Source: a virus
Direction: 5' to 3' (one strand)
Length of the DNA stretch: 64,000 nt
Virus record (IMG/VR): IMGVR_UViG_3300032116_000025
In this document: positions 10,218 to 20,415 of the stretch, in pieces
Layout of the letters: each line of letters begins with the position of its first letter
Numbering within the stretch: the first letter of the stretch is position 1
The notes under the pieces: generated by a model
The model's database searches: none
What the model saw: only the letters and a program-made list of their open reading frames with translations
What the model was told of the DNA's origin: nothing
Translations under genes and position numbers: made by a program

Positions 10218-10338
10218 CTCTACCTCGTTCTTATTCAGCGCAGAGCCTTGTTCTCCACCGCGGAGGCTGGCTGAGCACGCTGCTGATCCCAACGGTTTAG
10301 TGATGCGCCCTCATCAGATCTTTGTCAAGACCGATCTC

Positions 10339-11004
10339 TCAGAAAAGTTCTGGAAAAGGGCGCTCCGGGTCGTCCTCTATGTCAACGGGGGCAACAATCA
10401 CCTTCCAGTTATCTCCTACGAACTGGACTACTTCTGCATCCCCGTCCCCGCTTACATGCGGCCCCCGGTAGATGAACACGTCACAGGTACCGCTGGAGAC
10501 CCCGAGCATCTTTAGAACGATGTGGATCCGGCGCCGGTCAACTCTTACACCAGATATGCGCCCAGTGTGGGCGCCAATCGCCTTCGGATCGTTGTCTCCT
10601 TGAGACGTATATCTTGGAAACATACACAGCTTGTGTCCCTTGCACAGGGGGCAGTCAGCAGTGTCAACGCGGCACCACTGCTCAATGTGGTCTATTGAAA
10701 CATCCTCTTTGAACTCGATGTAATCAGTCCCAAACAACTCTACGATCCGGCCCACACCGGTCTGCACGTCTTCCTGCCAGTCTATTTCTTCTGGGTCAGG
10801 GAGCCCGTTCTCCAGCAGTAGGAGAACGAGCACAGAGCCGTCGGTAATACACAGATACGGATCGTCGCCGATGTAGAAGATGTGTGGGCACCGGGCGTAC
10901 GGGGAAGCCCCGTCGTGCCCTACACACAGCCTCAACAGGCTACGGACTGACTTGGGATCTATGCCAGGAATGCTGGGCACTTCGATTAGAGCCATGTTCA
11001 CCAC
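10339..11004 (-). CDS. hypothetical protein with CxxC motif
   Basis: CITDG, CPLCKG; coupled to the ligase gene. Confidence 0.5.
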   Translation of the reverse strand: MVNMALIEVPSIPGIDPKSVRSLLRLCVGHDGASPYARCPHIFYIGDDPYLCITDGSVLVLLLLENGLPDPEEIDWQEDVQTGVGRIVELFGTDYIEFKEDVSIDHIEQWCRVDTADCPLCKGHKLCMFPRYTSQGDNDPKAIGAHTGRISGVRVDRRRIHIVLKMLGVSSGTCDVFIYRGPHVSGDGDAEVVQFVGDNWKVIVAPVDIEDDPERPFPELF

Positions 11005-12110
11005 CGCTTGTTCTTGTGAAACACCTTGACCCTCGGAAACCGAGGGATTCCATCTGGCGTAAGGTGGAAGTATTCCACAGTCGCCTCTTTGCCCAGGTAG
11101 CTCGGGACATCAGCCAATAGATCGCGCAGGTACTCCCAGCTTCCCGTAATGTTTGCCCGAAAGGTTCTTCCGTCAGGCAGAGACAGTACGGCGTACCCGG
11201 CCATTCCAGACCGATTTCCTTCACCTTCATAGATCCCAATCACCGGGAACTCGGAGTCCATGCACTCTTTTCTCTTGAGCAGGAGCTTGCTCCTCTTCTG
11301 CTCATACGGACCTTCGAGTCGGATCATGGTGCCCTCAAAGCCATCGGAGATCCAACACTCATGGATCTCATCCAGCTCTTGCAGATCTTTCGGCGCTAAC
11401 GTGGGAACCATTACAACGCCGGAAACGCCCACCGCTGCGGCGCGGCGACCCATAACGCGGGCTTTGGTATCTCCTTCGCCGGGGGCGTCGTACACCCAGT
11501 ACTCGATGATGCGGGAGTCCTCTAGGTCTTGGGCAGTCGGCTTCTGCTTCTTTACCTTGGATACCAGCGCTGGAAAGTTTGCGCTGAAGTCATGGTTGTA
11601 AAGCTCACCGTCTAATACGAGTGACGGGTCCTGCTCGAACAACGGCAGAAGAGCCTTGTGAATATGCGGAACCGATACGATCGGGTTGCCAAGCCGAGAC
11701 CACAGCCCTCGGATGTTGGCTATGCAACGGACACCGTCCAGCTTTGGCTGGACGTATACTTGTCGTGTCCCTGAAGCCAGTGCGTTGGCTACGTCCTTGG
11801 CGTAGTCCTCGTACACCTTGGCAAGCATCGGGCTGAAACGATCAGACTCTCTAGCTCCGCTCAAAGTCTCTTGGTAGCCAGACTTTAGCTTGAGCGTGTA
11901 GTTTGAGGCGATCTCTAGTTCTGCCTGCTGCTCAGGCGTGGTCTCATTGGACCGGCCTACGTTTTTGGGTCGAGCAACCGTCCAGTTTGACGATACGATC
12001 TGACCACCGTCTTGTCCGCTATGGGTGCGGTACGACGATCCTTCTCGTTCTTGCCACCAAACTTGAATAGCGTTTGTAGCTGTCTGTTTGTAGAGCTTCT
12101 TGTGGTGCAT
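10998..12110 (-). CDS. lig: ATP-dependent DNA ligase
   Basis: PMLA, motif I QPKLDGVRC, LDGELY, FEGTMIR, LLKRK, OB-fold GIPRFP. Confidence 0.93.
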   Translation of the reverse strand: MHHKKLYKQTATNAIQVWWQEREGSSYRTHSGQDGGQIVSSNWTVARPKNVGRSNETTPEQQAELEIASNYTLKLKSGYQETLSGARESDRFSPMLAKVYEDYAKDVANALASGTRQVYVQPKLDGVRCIANIRGLWSRLGNPIVSVPHIHKALLPLFEQDPSLVLDGELYNHDFSANFPALVSKVKKQKPTAQDLEDSRIIEYWVYDAPGEGDTKARVMGRRAAAVGVSGVVMVPTLAPKDLQELDEIHECWISDGFEGTMIRLEGPYEQKRSKLLLKRKECMDSEFPVIGIYEGEGNRSGMAGYAVLSLPDGRTFRANITGSWEYLRDLLADVPSYLGKEATVEYFHLTPDGIPRFPRVKVFHKNKRW

Positions 12111-12126
12111 CAATAACTGATAGGCG

Positions 12127-12486
12127 CTAGCGGTCTTGCTCTAAAGAACGAGCAAGCCGCAATCCACGAGACAAAAGATCAGAGATGCGCACCTCCGCCG
12201 TACCCGGTAGCGTCGCTACCCAGTACTGGATGTCGGGGTTACCTGTCTTAGGGAGAAGAAAGTCCCCTGCTATCGTAGAAACCTGACACTCGTCTTGCCC
12301 AATAAGGACGCGAACGCCGGCGAACGTAGACAGCAGGGACTCTCCGTGCTCCATCATCCCCACGGCAGACGGTTGTGACAGCCGTATGCGCGGGGAAACG
12401 ATCAACGTGTGGTCTTTGACCTTCTCTAAAGCCCAAACCGTTGCGTACCCAATGTACCCACGGTCTGAGAATAGACTCAGCTTCAT
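12127..12486 (-). CDS. hypothetical protein
   Basis: coupled ORF upstream of the ligase. Confidence 0.5.
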   Translation of the reverse strand: MKLSLFSDRGYIGYATVWALEKVKDHTLIVSPRIRLSQPSAVGMMEHGESLLSTFAGVRVLIGQDECQVSTIAGDFLLPKTGNPDIQYWVATLPGTAEVRISDLLSRGLRLARSLEQDR

Positions 12487-12603
12487 CCTGGCTTCTTTAC
12501 CCACCCAGACGGTGGAGGTGGAGGAGCGGGAGGCGGAGGCTCGTTTAACACCTCAAGCCTTGCCGCTCCGCACTTGATGCAGCAAGCGTCCTGCCCAAAA
12601 CCA

Positions 12604-12936
12604 TCAACGGGCAGAAGACTTCCGATGGGCAGAGGGAATGCCGGGACGAGTAGCCTCTTCCGGATTCCGCACCCTTGGCACTTCAGCTGTAGGTAGTGAC
12701 ACCCCAGAGGCAGCGGCGGCTCGTATACCATGACCATTACCCCCGAGAAGTAGACCACCCTGTACGATGTGCGTTTCTAGCCAGTTATGGGCAAGAGAAC
12801 GGGCGCGGGAGATTGTAGACTCAACCTCCCGCTCCGCGTTCTCAGCCATAGCGTGGCACGGCGCGCACAGAAACAGGTGGTTAAACCGCTTGAGGTTTGT
12901 ACCACTGTGCTCTGTGTTGCAGCTCATGCACCGCAT
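12604..12936 (-). CDS. Zn-finger protein
   Basis: CMSC...CAPC. Confidence 0.5.
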   Translation of the reverse strand: MRCMSCNTEHSGTNLKRFNHLFLCAPCHAMAENAEREVESTISRARSLAHNWLETHIVQGGLLLGGNGHGIRAAAASGVSLPTAEVPRVRNPEEATRPGIPSAHRKSSAR

Positions 12937-13382
12937 ACGGCCTTTTAGATCTTGACCCGGCTCAGGTCAAGGTTTTGTGTAAGCCCCGGGGGCTCACCAA
13001 CGGTCGAGCGGGGCGTGGAACGCGCCTCGTCCACCGCCTCTCGGGCCATCCGCCTCGTCTGGTCGAACGACTCCTCGTCGTCATGCGGACGACGAAGAAT
13101 CGGAATGAACTGGATGTCCTCAAGGGACATCCTTTCGACCGGAATCGCCGGGCAGATTGCCCAGCCATCCGTGTAAGAGTACCGGAGCACCCCCCGGATA
13201 CTCTCACAGATCGCCGTCGCGCAGCGAACTTCAAGGTCCCCTTCCTTGTTCCTGTAGGACCTGAGGTTCCCCGTCACGACGGAGATCATCTTGAAGTTGT
13301 TGTCCTTCTTGTTGCCGTTATTGTGCACTGTTCCTCCTGCAAGGGACAAGGATCCCTTGCAGAAGCTTATAGGCTGTAAAGA

Positions 13383-14024
13383 TCAGTCTTCCGGGCCCTC
13401 GGACGCGTCTCGGCAACCGATGTCCACCCCGGGTCGGCAGTAAAAGTCGTTTGCCGTCTCCCCACACTCAATCTCTACCAGACCGATGCGCGCTGCTCGG
13501 TCGCGATCCATAGACCCACCCCAGTCATGCACCGGGGACTCGCAACGGCTCCAGTCTTCCACGTTGTCAAGGGACAGCGATACTACCTCTCGGGCTCGCT
13601 CCATCACGGATCGACACGAGTCTACGTAATGCGACCACGGCGGGTGCTCAACAACTCGGACAGAACCACCAACCCTACGAGTAGAGACCCGGGGCCACGA
13701 GGGTGGTTCTGTGCAATCGGGGGTTAGCTCCCCAACCCAATGCATGCGGCTAACGCGGTGCGGTCGTGCGCCAAATAGGCGGCCCGCGTATGCCCGGGCA
13801 AACCCCGCGTATGACATCCGGTTTCGGTGAGCGCCACGCAGTAACACCTCGTGGATTGCAAGCCCGTCTCCAGACTCAAAGCAGTCCCACCCTGCCTCGT
13901 TAATGCAGAGCAGAGCCAACGCGAGAGCTGAGGACATAGGCCGTGCTCGACTACCGGTATCCTGGCCCGCAGCCAACGTAGTGGCGAGCAAACACAGCAC
14001 GACGGTAACAACAAACCGATTCAT
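13383..14024 (-). CDS. secreted SleB/cell-wall-hydrolase-like protein
   Basis: signal peptide; LALLCINEAGW...AIHEVLLRGA resembles the Hydrolase_2 catalytic-Glu helix; paralog at 42824. Confidence 0.5.
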   Translation of the reverse strand: MNRFVVTVVLCLLATTLAAGQDTGSRARPMSSALALALLCINEAGWDCFESGDGLAIHEVLLRGAHRNRMSYAGFARAYAGRLFGARPHRVSRMHWVGELTPDCTEPPSWPRVSTRRVGGSVRVVEHPPWSHYVDSCRSVMERAREVVSLSLDNVEDWSRCESPVHDWGGSMDRDRAARIGLVEIECGETANDFYCRPGVDIGCRDASEGPED

Positions 14025-14653
14025 AAATCTTCCTTCCAACCTAATGCCGCAACCTTGACGTTGCGGTGCTGTGGTGATCTACCGTACCTCTCGATCGCCG
14101 CAGCGTGTTGCTTGGTTCCATAGCCCTTGTTTTCTACCCATCGGTAGACTGGGTACTCTTGATGCAGCAAAGCCATGAGGTTGTTTCGTGTTGTTTTAGC
14201 AACCACGCTGGCTGCGCCCACCGCAGGTACCTGATCTTCGGCGCTGGTAAGAAACCTTACGCTCGATATTCCAAGCTCCTTGTTGATCTTTCTTTCTGTC
14301 TTTACATCCAACAACCCGTCAATAACTATCTCTACAGAGGACTTCTCTATACCATGATCGAGTAAGCACTCAAGCACATATGCAACCGAGCGTAGGATCG
14401 CGGATCTCCATGCTGCGTGCTTACTCTGATCAATCTCCTCCACGCTGACGACGGTTGTTTTCGCGAACAGCGCAATCTCAGAAATTGCAGCCATTGATCC
14501 GCGCCTACGGATGTCGGTCATGCTCTTAGAGTCACGACCACCCGCGCTGCGCAGTAAGCTTGCGTCCTTTTCATAGCAAGCAAGCGCGGTCACCGTGTAC
14601 GGGCCCGCCCAAGCCCCGGTTCCACTCTCGTCAACCCCAACGATCACCTTCAT
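14021..14653 (-). CDS. rnhB: ribonuclease HII
   Basis: IVGVDESGTGAWAGP, RDSK, IVIDG, AASVVAKTTR, NKGYGTKQH. Confidence 0.93.
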   Translation of the reverse strand: MKVIVGVDESGTGAWAGPYTVTALACYEKDASLLRSAGGRDSKSMTDIRRRGSMAAISEIALFAKTTVVSVEEIDQSKHAAWRSAILRSVAYVLECLLDHGIEKSSVEIVIDGLLDVKTERKINKELGISSVRFLTSAEDQVPAVGAASVVAKTTRNNLMALLHQEYPVYRWVENKGYGTKQHAAAIERYGRSPQHRNVKVAALGWKEDL

Positions 14654-15280
14654 GACAGGCGCTTTGGGTCACCCATCAACGCCCTTTCCAAGAGCGTTTG
14701 CCACCCAGGGTCTAGGTCATAGACGGGCACAACGGTCACTTCGTCATCTTCGTTAGCAAACCGAAAGCAGATAATTCCGGCGGGACCGACGTCAACAGAA
14801 AGCCCCGGACCCAAAACCATAGTTTCAATCACGAGAGTGCCTCCAGAATTTGCCGCAGTAGATCTTCGCGCTCGTCGTCATCATCTAAGCACTTGGACGA
14901 GTTGCGTAGGAGGATCTCGGCAATCTTGTCCCGGCTAGGGCGTAACCCGGGGTCCAGCAGGGATACGTCTTGATCGGTAACAAGCATACTTGCGTCCGCA
15001 GGGGTGTCGTAGTTGCCGTCTTCCTCATCCAGAACAATGATTTGTCCGCTTTCGCTAAGCAGCCCGGCGGAGTCCTCTAGTTTCCACCCGTTCAACCCAC
15101 AAGCCTGCGCGTAAATAGCGGCCTGTTTGGATTCCAAAAGGCTTCGACTTTCAGCGGTAACGCTGATCGTTAGGTGTTCGCGTAGGTGATGGATTACTTC
15201 TACTCGGTACGTCGGCATATACCTCCAAATCCTGATAGGCGATCAAGAGTAAAGGTATGAGGGCGGGCCCCGGCCCGCCC

Positions 15281-15727
15281 TCATACCCACCTAATCGTCC
15301 CATCCCTGTGTACGGTTATGATCGGTATACCCTGGCAGACCGCTTGACGGATCACTCCGAGATCCGCTGACTCGGGCGGGTACCGCCGCTTGCCGTCAGC
15401 ATCTTCTACGGGGAAGGCCACGACGAGAGAAACCCCAACGGCTAGGTATGGGTCTCTTTCGTACGTGGCGGTCAGTCGTTTGTCCTTGTCGGGTCCTACT
15501 AAAGTTGCTGGCGCGCCGAGTTGCTCGGCTACCTCTTCAACTACTTGGTCGAAGGGGAACTTACCAGCGTGTACCACTTGGTAAGGCCGAACCAAGAACA
15601 GGTCAGCCATCACGTCCCGAACTAGATCTCTGTCTACGTACCACGTCCGGCACGCAGGACCTACTACGAGCAGTACGGGGTCTTCAGCCTGTAGAAGCGC
15701 GTAAACAGCGCGTCGATAGTCGTCCAT
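15281..15727 (-). CDS. SLOG/YspA-like protein (divergent)
   Basis: LLVVG...DRDLV...VVHAG...LVVAFP...IRQA..QGIP pattern; ATG 6 nt after a promoter motif. Confidence 0.4.
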   Translation of the reverse strand: MDDYRRAVYALLQAEDPVLLVVGPACRTWYVDRDLVRDVMADLFLVRPYQVVHAGKFPFDQVVEEVAEQLGAPATLVGPDKDKRLTATYERDPYLAVGVSLVVAFPVEDADGKRRYPPESADLGVIRQAVCQGIPIITVHRDGTIRWV

Positions 15728-15745
15728 CTGTGTCTGATAGGCGAC

Positions 15746-16321
15746 TCACTCAGACAACTCCAAGAATCTCCGGCGCACCATGCTCCAGGGAAGCCTCCCG
15801 CCGGTAGATTCAATCTCCATGAACGTTGCCCGGTTTGATACAGAAAAGACCGGGCGAATCCAGAAATCTTTGTCCCTTGTGGGAATGATCTTTAGAGAGA
15901 CTTGAACTTCTCCCCCGTCTTCTCCAATGAGGTCTGGATCAGTCCCGAGCAGTTCTTCTAGCTGCGACCCTTTTACAAACAGTAGGTCTTGATCCTGCTG
16001 CACTGCCCTCTGGAGGGGCATGCCGGAATAATGGTCGCTTCCAGGGTATGGCGCCCCGTCCCAGTCATCAGAGAACTCTTCAAGAGCCAGGTGCAACGCC
16101 ATATCGTCAAGCGCTGCACCTAGCCCAGAAGATAGGGCAACCTGGTACTGGGTAACTAGAAGACAGCTTGTCTTCTCTGGAACGTTCTCAAGCTCAGAAA
16201 CGAGCTGATCTAGTTCTTTGCTTACCCGAAGGTCTATGACTATGTGTGTTTGTAAATCTGATCCTGTGTCCGCAGCGCGAAATAACGCGTAGTAGGTGTT
16301 TGGATCGATACTAAAGTACAT
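15746..16321 (-). CDS. hypothetical protein
   Basis: 191-aa ORF within an operon. Confidence 0.55.
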   Translation of the reverse strand: MYFSIDPNTYYALFRAADTGSDLQTHIVIDLRVSKELDQLVSELENVPEKTSCLLVTQYQVALSSGLGAALDDMALHLALEEFSDDWDGAPYPGSDHYSGMPLQRAVQQDQDLLFVKGSQLEELLGTDPDLIGEDGGEVQVSLKIIPTRDKDFWIRPVFSVSNRATFMEIESTGGRLPWSMVRRRFLELSE

Positions 16322-16733
16322 GTTGAAGATGCTGCTCCACTACGTTGTAGACGTGCCCAAGGTCTTGGTGGTCCACGTCTTGATCCAACAAATCTCTAAG
16401 TAGCGCCCGTACCGCAAGAAGAACATCCCTAGGGCTGTTTGGGTCCTTCACAGACACGTTGGCCGCATCTAGCTCTCTACGGCGCTGTAGGATCCAAGCC
16501 TTTAGGTCTCCGTACTCTACCCGCTTAAAGACCAAACTCGCGTGGGTTCTTGACCGCCAGCTACGGTACTCACCCCTAGGCATGGGAGACCCATCCGAAC
16601 TTCGTCGGTCTCCCGGGGCAAGTTGCTTCTCGATGTTCATGATGTCGATCAGAAGCTCACGCATACGGGCCTGCGCAGCGCTGATAGACTTAGGGGGATC
16701 AAACTCGTATTTGTGTGCATGTGGGCTTGCCAT
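16311..16733 (-). CDS. hypothetical protein
   Basis: 140-aa ORF with GGAG SD. Confidence 0.55.
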   Translation of the reverse strand: MASPHAHKYEFDPPKSISAAQARMRELLIDIMNIEKQLAPGDRRSSDGSPMPRGEYRSWRSRTHASLVFKRVEYGDLKAWILQRRRELDAANVSVKDPNSPRDVLLAVRALLRDLLDQDVDHQDLGHVYNVVEQHLQHVL

Positions 16734-17064
16734 AGTCCTGCTCCATTTTATGCACGCTAACTAGAAGCCGGTGGCTTCTGGCCGCGTTCACGAGAATCTT
16801 AGTGCTAACACAGGTTCCATCGCAAATCGCGATGAGCCCGTCCGCGTGACGAATCATGCCTTGGTATTTAGCGCCGACCTCATCGTCGGAGAACCGGTGT
16901 AGCCGCAGTTTGCGGCTACGTGCATACCGCTCTACCGCCCCGTCAACGCCATGTACACCTCCGGTGATCACTTCGGTGACATCGTACTGAGAGGCAGCTA
17001 CCGCGTTTTCTACAACCGTCAGTGTGGGCTCAAACGAAAGGCTGCCAGCAATGATCACGCGCAC
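16699..17064 (-). CDS. YspA/SLOG-family (DUF2493-like) protein
   Basis: MRVIIAGS...EVITGG..GVD...ERYA...MIRHADGLIAICDG...TKILV. Confidence 0.75.
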   Translation of the reverse strand: MRVIIAGSLSFEPTLTVVENAVAASQYDVTEVITGGVHGVDGAVERYARSRKLRLHRFSDDEVGAKYQGMIRHADGLIAICDGTCVSTKILVNAARSHRLLVSVHKMEQDYGKPTCTQIRV

Positions 17065-17432
17065 GTCTTTCGCTCCGACAGAAGCTGTTGCACATACTGA
17101 GGCGTGTAGCTCAGTCCTACTGCTTCATCTGGGAAGAGCAGAAACGGGTGGGATTGGGATCCACCGGAAAACAACATCCACACGTTCCCAGTCTTTGAAT
17201 CCACCAAGACGTGGATCTCTGAAAAGTCTAGCGGCTTACAGGAAAAGTCTTTGAGCACGTGCCAAAAGCTGATCCTTTCGTTCTCTCGGTGAAATCCGAG
17301 CCAGCCCATCCCGCCGTCAGGGCTGTACACCTCTGCACCCCTCAACCAACTGTGCGGCGCAGGAAGGTTCTCGTATCCTCCCAGTGGGATCGCCTTCTCT
17401 TGTAACTTGTGCATGTAGGGCATTTATCTCCG

Positions 17433-17500
17433 CAAAAGAACAAGCGTCGTGTGCCTACTGGTTTGGTAGTAGGAGGACTTGGCACACGACGCTCGTTCAA
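17433..17500 (-). ncRNA. putative small RNA / attenuator hairpin
   Basis: promoter motif at 17504-17511 immediately followed by an 18-bp stem and TTTTGC. Confidence 0.45.
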
Positions 17501-17526
17501 ACTCTGATAGGCGAAAACTAAGATTT

Positions 17527-18408
17527 TCAGCCGATTCTGTAGATGCTTTCTCCCGGCATCATCTTTCGGTACTGGAACCACGGCACCGCAAAGTTGCCGA
17601 TGCACACAGGCAGATGCCTACCCCGCTCTTCGTCCCAGAGGTGATAAGCCACCCTGTTGATCTCCTCTTGTGTAGCTACGCGCGCCTGGTGCTCAAAGGG
17701 GCTCCAATGCCCACTAGCCTTCAGCGCATCATGTCGCGCAACGTACTCCGTTAACGACTTCTCTACGCGCTGCCGCTCGTAGCTAACGGCCGCGCATCGC
17801 GCGACGCTAATAGCTACGATGCGAATGTCGGGGTCATCGTGGTGGCCGTAGCCCATTTCGGAGTGCTCAACGTACGGGGCGTGCCACTCCCCTACGTTTA
17901 GCTCTTTAGGTACGCTTGCATCCATGGCGTCCTTCATTGCTTGTGCTGTCCTCTGGATCTCAGGGGCAGCATCCGGATGAAGACGCAGCGCGAAGAAGTT
18001 GTCCCACTCGGTCGCGGTAACGACTACCGTGTGCCAAACGTACGGCTCTAGGACTCGGTTAGCTTGCTGCTTGTGAACTTCAACACTCGCAAGGCTTTCG
18101 GCAAACTCAGCCGCCATATTTGACGCGCCGATCCAGTATGCGCTGGCGTTGCGTGCGTCGCTCTCTGCAAGAAGAACGTCCGCCTGCATTCCAGATTTGT
18201 TCTTGGTGAACTCTGGAATAAACGGGTTATCTTGTACCTGCTGGACCCGGGTCTTTACCGGGATCGCACGGCTGCTTGCTGAGTTCCTGCTAAACACTCT
18301 GTGGGTGTTGAACTCAGCGAGAATGTAACGAGGGAAGGTGACTTCCAAAGTAGTAAGGCGGACTCCCTGTGCGAGGGAATCCGCCACAACAACCGCGCTA
18401 TAGCTCAC
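17527..18408 (-). CDS. thyX: flavin-dependent thymidylate synthase
   Basis: EFNTHRVFSRNSASSRAIP, HKQQANRVLEP, NFFALR...APEI, HWSPFEHQA. Confidence 0.92.
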   Translation of the reverse strand: MSYSAVVVADSLAQGVRLTTLEVTFPRYILAEFNTHRVFSRNSASSRAIPVKTRVQQVQDNPFIPEFTKNKSGMQADVLLAESDARNASAYWIGASNMAAEFAESLASVEVHKQQANRVLEPYVWHTVVVTATEWDNFFALRLHPDAAPEIQRTAQAMKDAMDASVPKELNVGEWHAPYVEHSEMGYGHHDDPDIRIVAISVARCAAVSYERQRVEKSLTEYVARHDALKASGHWSPFEHQARVATQEEINRVAYHLWDEERGRHLPVCIGNFAVPWFQYRKMMPGESIYRIG

Positions 18409-18704
18409 TTCTTTGCCTGACGCTTCTTTGCGGGAGTTGGACGAGTAAGAGTTTTTGCGGGTCGCAGGTAGAACTCCAACTCGCTGCGGATCAGGTGCCG
18501 GAAGCTGTCGAGGTACTGAGCGTCGAGCAACTCCTGCTGCTCGACTACTGCTTGGGCGCGCCGAAGCTTGGTTTCCAGCTCACTAACTTTCTGGTTGAGT
18601 TTAGCCCGCTCCAAGATCAACTGCTTGTTTTCGTGATCAAGCTCCTGTACGCGCTTGAACACCGCATTCATCGCTGCCCGCTGTTCTTCAGTCATTTCTT
18701 CCAT
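18405..18704 (-). CDS. coiled-coil hypothetical protein
   Basis: heptad-rich ORF between dcd and thyX. Confidence 0.55.
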   Translation of the reverse strand: MEEMTEEQRAAMNAVFKRVQELDHENKQLILERAKLNQKVSELETKLRRAQAVVEQQELLDAQYLDSFRHLIRSELEFYLRPAKTLTRPTPAKKRQAKK

Positions 18705-19309
18705 TGCTTATTCTCCGCGTCTGGGCGTGCCTCTGTTACGCCCTGCTGTCCCTGGTACTTTGAGCGAAGCGCTGGATGTCCATACGGGCGCTCAACACGG
18801 CCGTCTACCCTAGAGAAGCTGAGCTGGCAGATCCGCATGCCCACCGTCAGGTCAATCGGCCTGGGGCTCAGGTTCATCATCTCTAACGTAATCGTTCCGT
18901 GAAATCCAGGGTCAATGAACCCCGCTGTCACATGAACCAGGAGCCCAAGGCGAGCTAGGCTGCTCTTTCCCTCTACGCGGGCGACTAGGTTGTTTGGGAT
19001 TTTTACCCGCTCAAGGGTCGTTGCAAGCGTAAATACCCCTGGGTCTAGTATGAAGGCCGCGCTGGCCTCACCAAGCTCTGTGGGAATCTTTGTGGTGGAT
19101 ACCCAAGAGTCAGGGTACGAAGACAGTGGGTCTAACGGCTCAGCATTCCGCGCGTTGAGCGGAACGGAGAACTGTTTGAACTCACCGCCTAGCCGGAGAT
19201 CAACAGAAGCTGGCTGGAACTGGGTATCGTGTGGGAACGGGTCAATCACCAGCCGAAAGGACTGCTCCTCTTCGGACAACGCGTGACGGATCATCGTGTC
19301 TGCTAACAT
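18692..19309 (-). CDS. dcd: dCTP deaminase
   Basis: QPASVDLRLG, ARVEGKSSLARLGL.VH.TAGFIDPGF.G.ITLE, YG...SKYQGQ. Confidence 0.95.
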   Translation of the reverse strand: MLADTMIRHALSEEEQSFRLVIDPFPHDTQFQPASVDLRLGGEFKQFSVPLNARNAEPLDPLSSYPDSWVSTTKIPTELGEASAAFILDPGVFTLATTLERVKIPNNLVARVEGKSSLARLGLLVHVTAGFIDPGFHGTITLEMMNLSPRPIDLTVGMRICQLSFSRVDGRVERPYGHPALRSKYQGQQGVTEARPDAENKQWKK

Positions 19310-19839
19310 TTTGCTGCACCTCCAAGGCCGTACCTGAGCGTGTGGAAGAACGGTGGCAGCTTGGACCAGCTGCCCTTGCTGACTAAGTCCCAATCACCAA
19401 CTGGAATGTAGTTAGGCACGTCAAGTACCCACGTTTTTGTCCCGTCGGTAACGTGCTCCATGTGCAATACCGCTACGCTTGCGGATCCCTCTGGCGGGAT
19501 ATTTAGTAGTTCACAGGCAACCTTTCGCGGAACAAGCGCAACCATTCCCGAGGCGAAGCAGTCCCTAGACCGCAAAGACACTTCTTCTGCGAGGGAGTGA
19601 ACGTCCTCAACGCTGTGGATGGGGTACCCAAGACTAGTGCGGGTAATTTCGAAGCTTTCGTCGCACATCCCCCTGCGGATGGAAATGCCGATCGGCATCG
19701 GGCGCTCGCCTAGTGCAAGAGCACCCTCAAAGCCACCTTGGTAAGCCTCAGTAAGGCACTCAATCTCGTCCCAGTCCATACCGTTCCTTGGCAAAAGTTG
19801 CGGGAAAAGGGGCTTTGTAAACCACTCTCCCGCAACTGG

Positions 19840-20415
19840 TCACTTTGACTCTACAAGGATCTCGTAGAGCACTTCCGCGTCTAGTTCTCCTAGCTCTGAG
19901 CGGGGCACCTCACGTCCCTCATGTGTAAGCACGCCCGTCGAGGTTTGCTTCGCCAAGAACTCATACTTGTCCGCAGACGACAGGTTGGGTTGTGGCTTCT
20001 GGTACCCCGCGGTCTCTACGGCCACCATGAAGTCTGACTCCGACTTCGACAGTCGGTGAACCACATCTGCAACCTTCATCACAGGTCGAATGTCAGACCT
20101 TGTCTGAGCACGGAAACGCGTAGGGGTGGGGGCCACTTCTTCTTGCTTCCAAGAGGTCACTAGATCTGTCAGGGCATAGTAAGCGTTCAGTGGGCTGATG
20201 CTTTGAACGCTCACGTCTCCAACGTGGCCGTCGCGCTCCTGCACAAGCGAAACCCGCGTCTGGCCGGAGTTCTTTCCGGTACCCCGAAGAACCACGAGAA
20301 ACACCTCGCCGGGAAAGACCCCAACGTCGAACCTTCGCTCGGGACGCCAACCCTCCGGTTGGGCGGGGGGTGCTGCTGTACGAGGCTTAACTACCGGAAT
20401 GTTTTTGATGTCCAT
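19840..20415 (-). CDS. hypothetical protein
   Basis: own promoter motif at 20452; AAGGAG SD. Confidence 0.6.
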   Translation of the reverse strand: MDIKNIPVVKPRTAAPPAQPEGWRPERRFDVGVFPGEVFLVVLRGTGKNSGQTRVSLVQERDGHVGDVSVQSISPLNAYYALTDLVTSWKQEEVAPTPTRFRAQTRSDIRPVMKVADVVHRLSKSESDFMVAVETAGYQKPQPNLSSADKYEFLAKQTSTGVLTHEGREVPRSELGELDAEVLYEILVESK

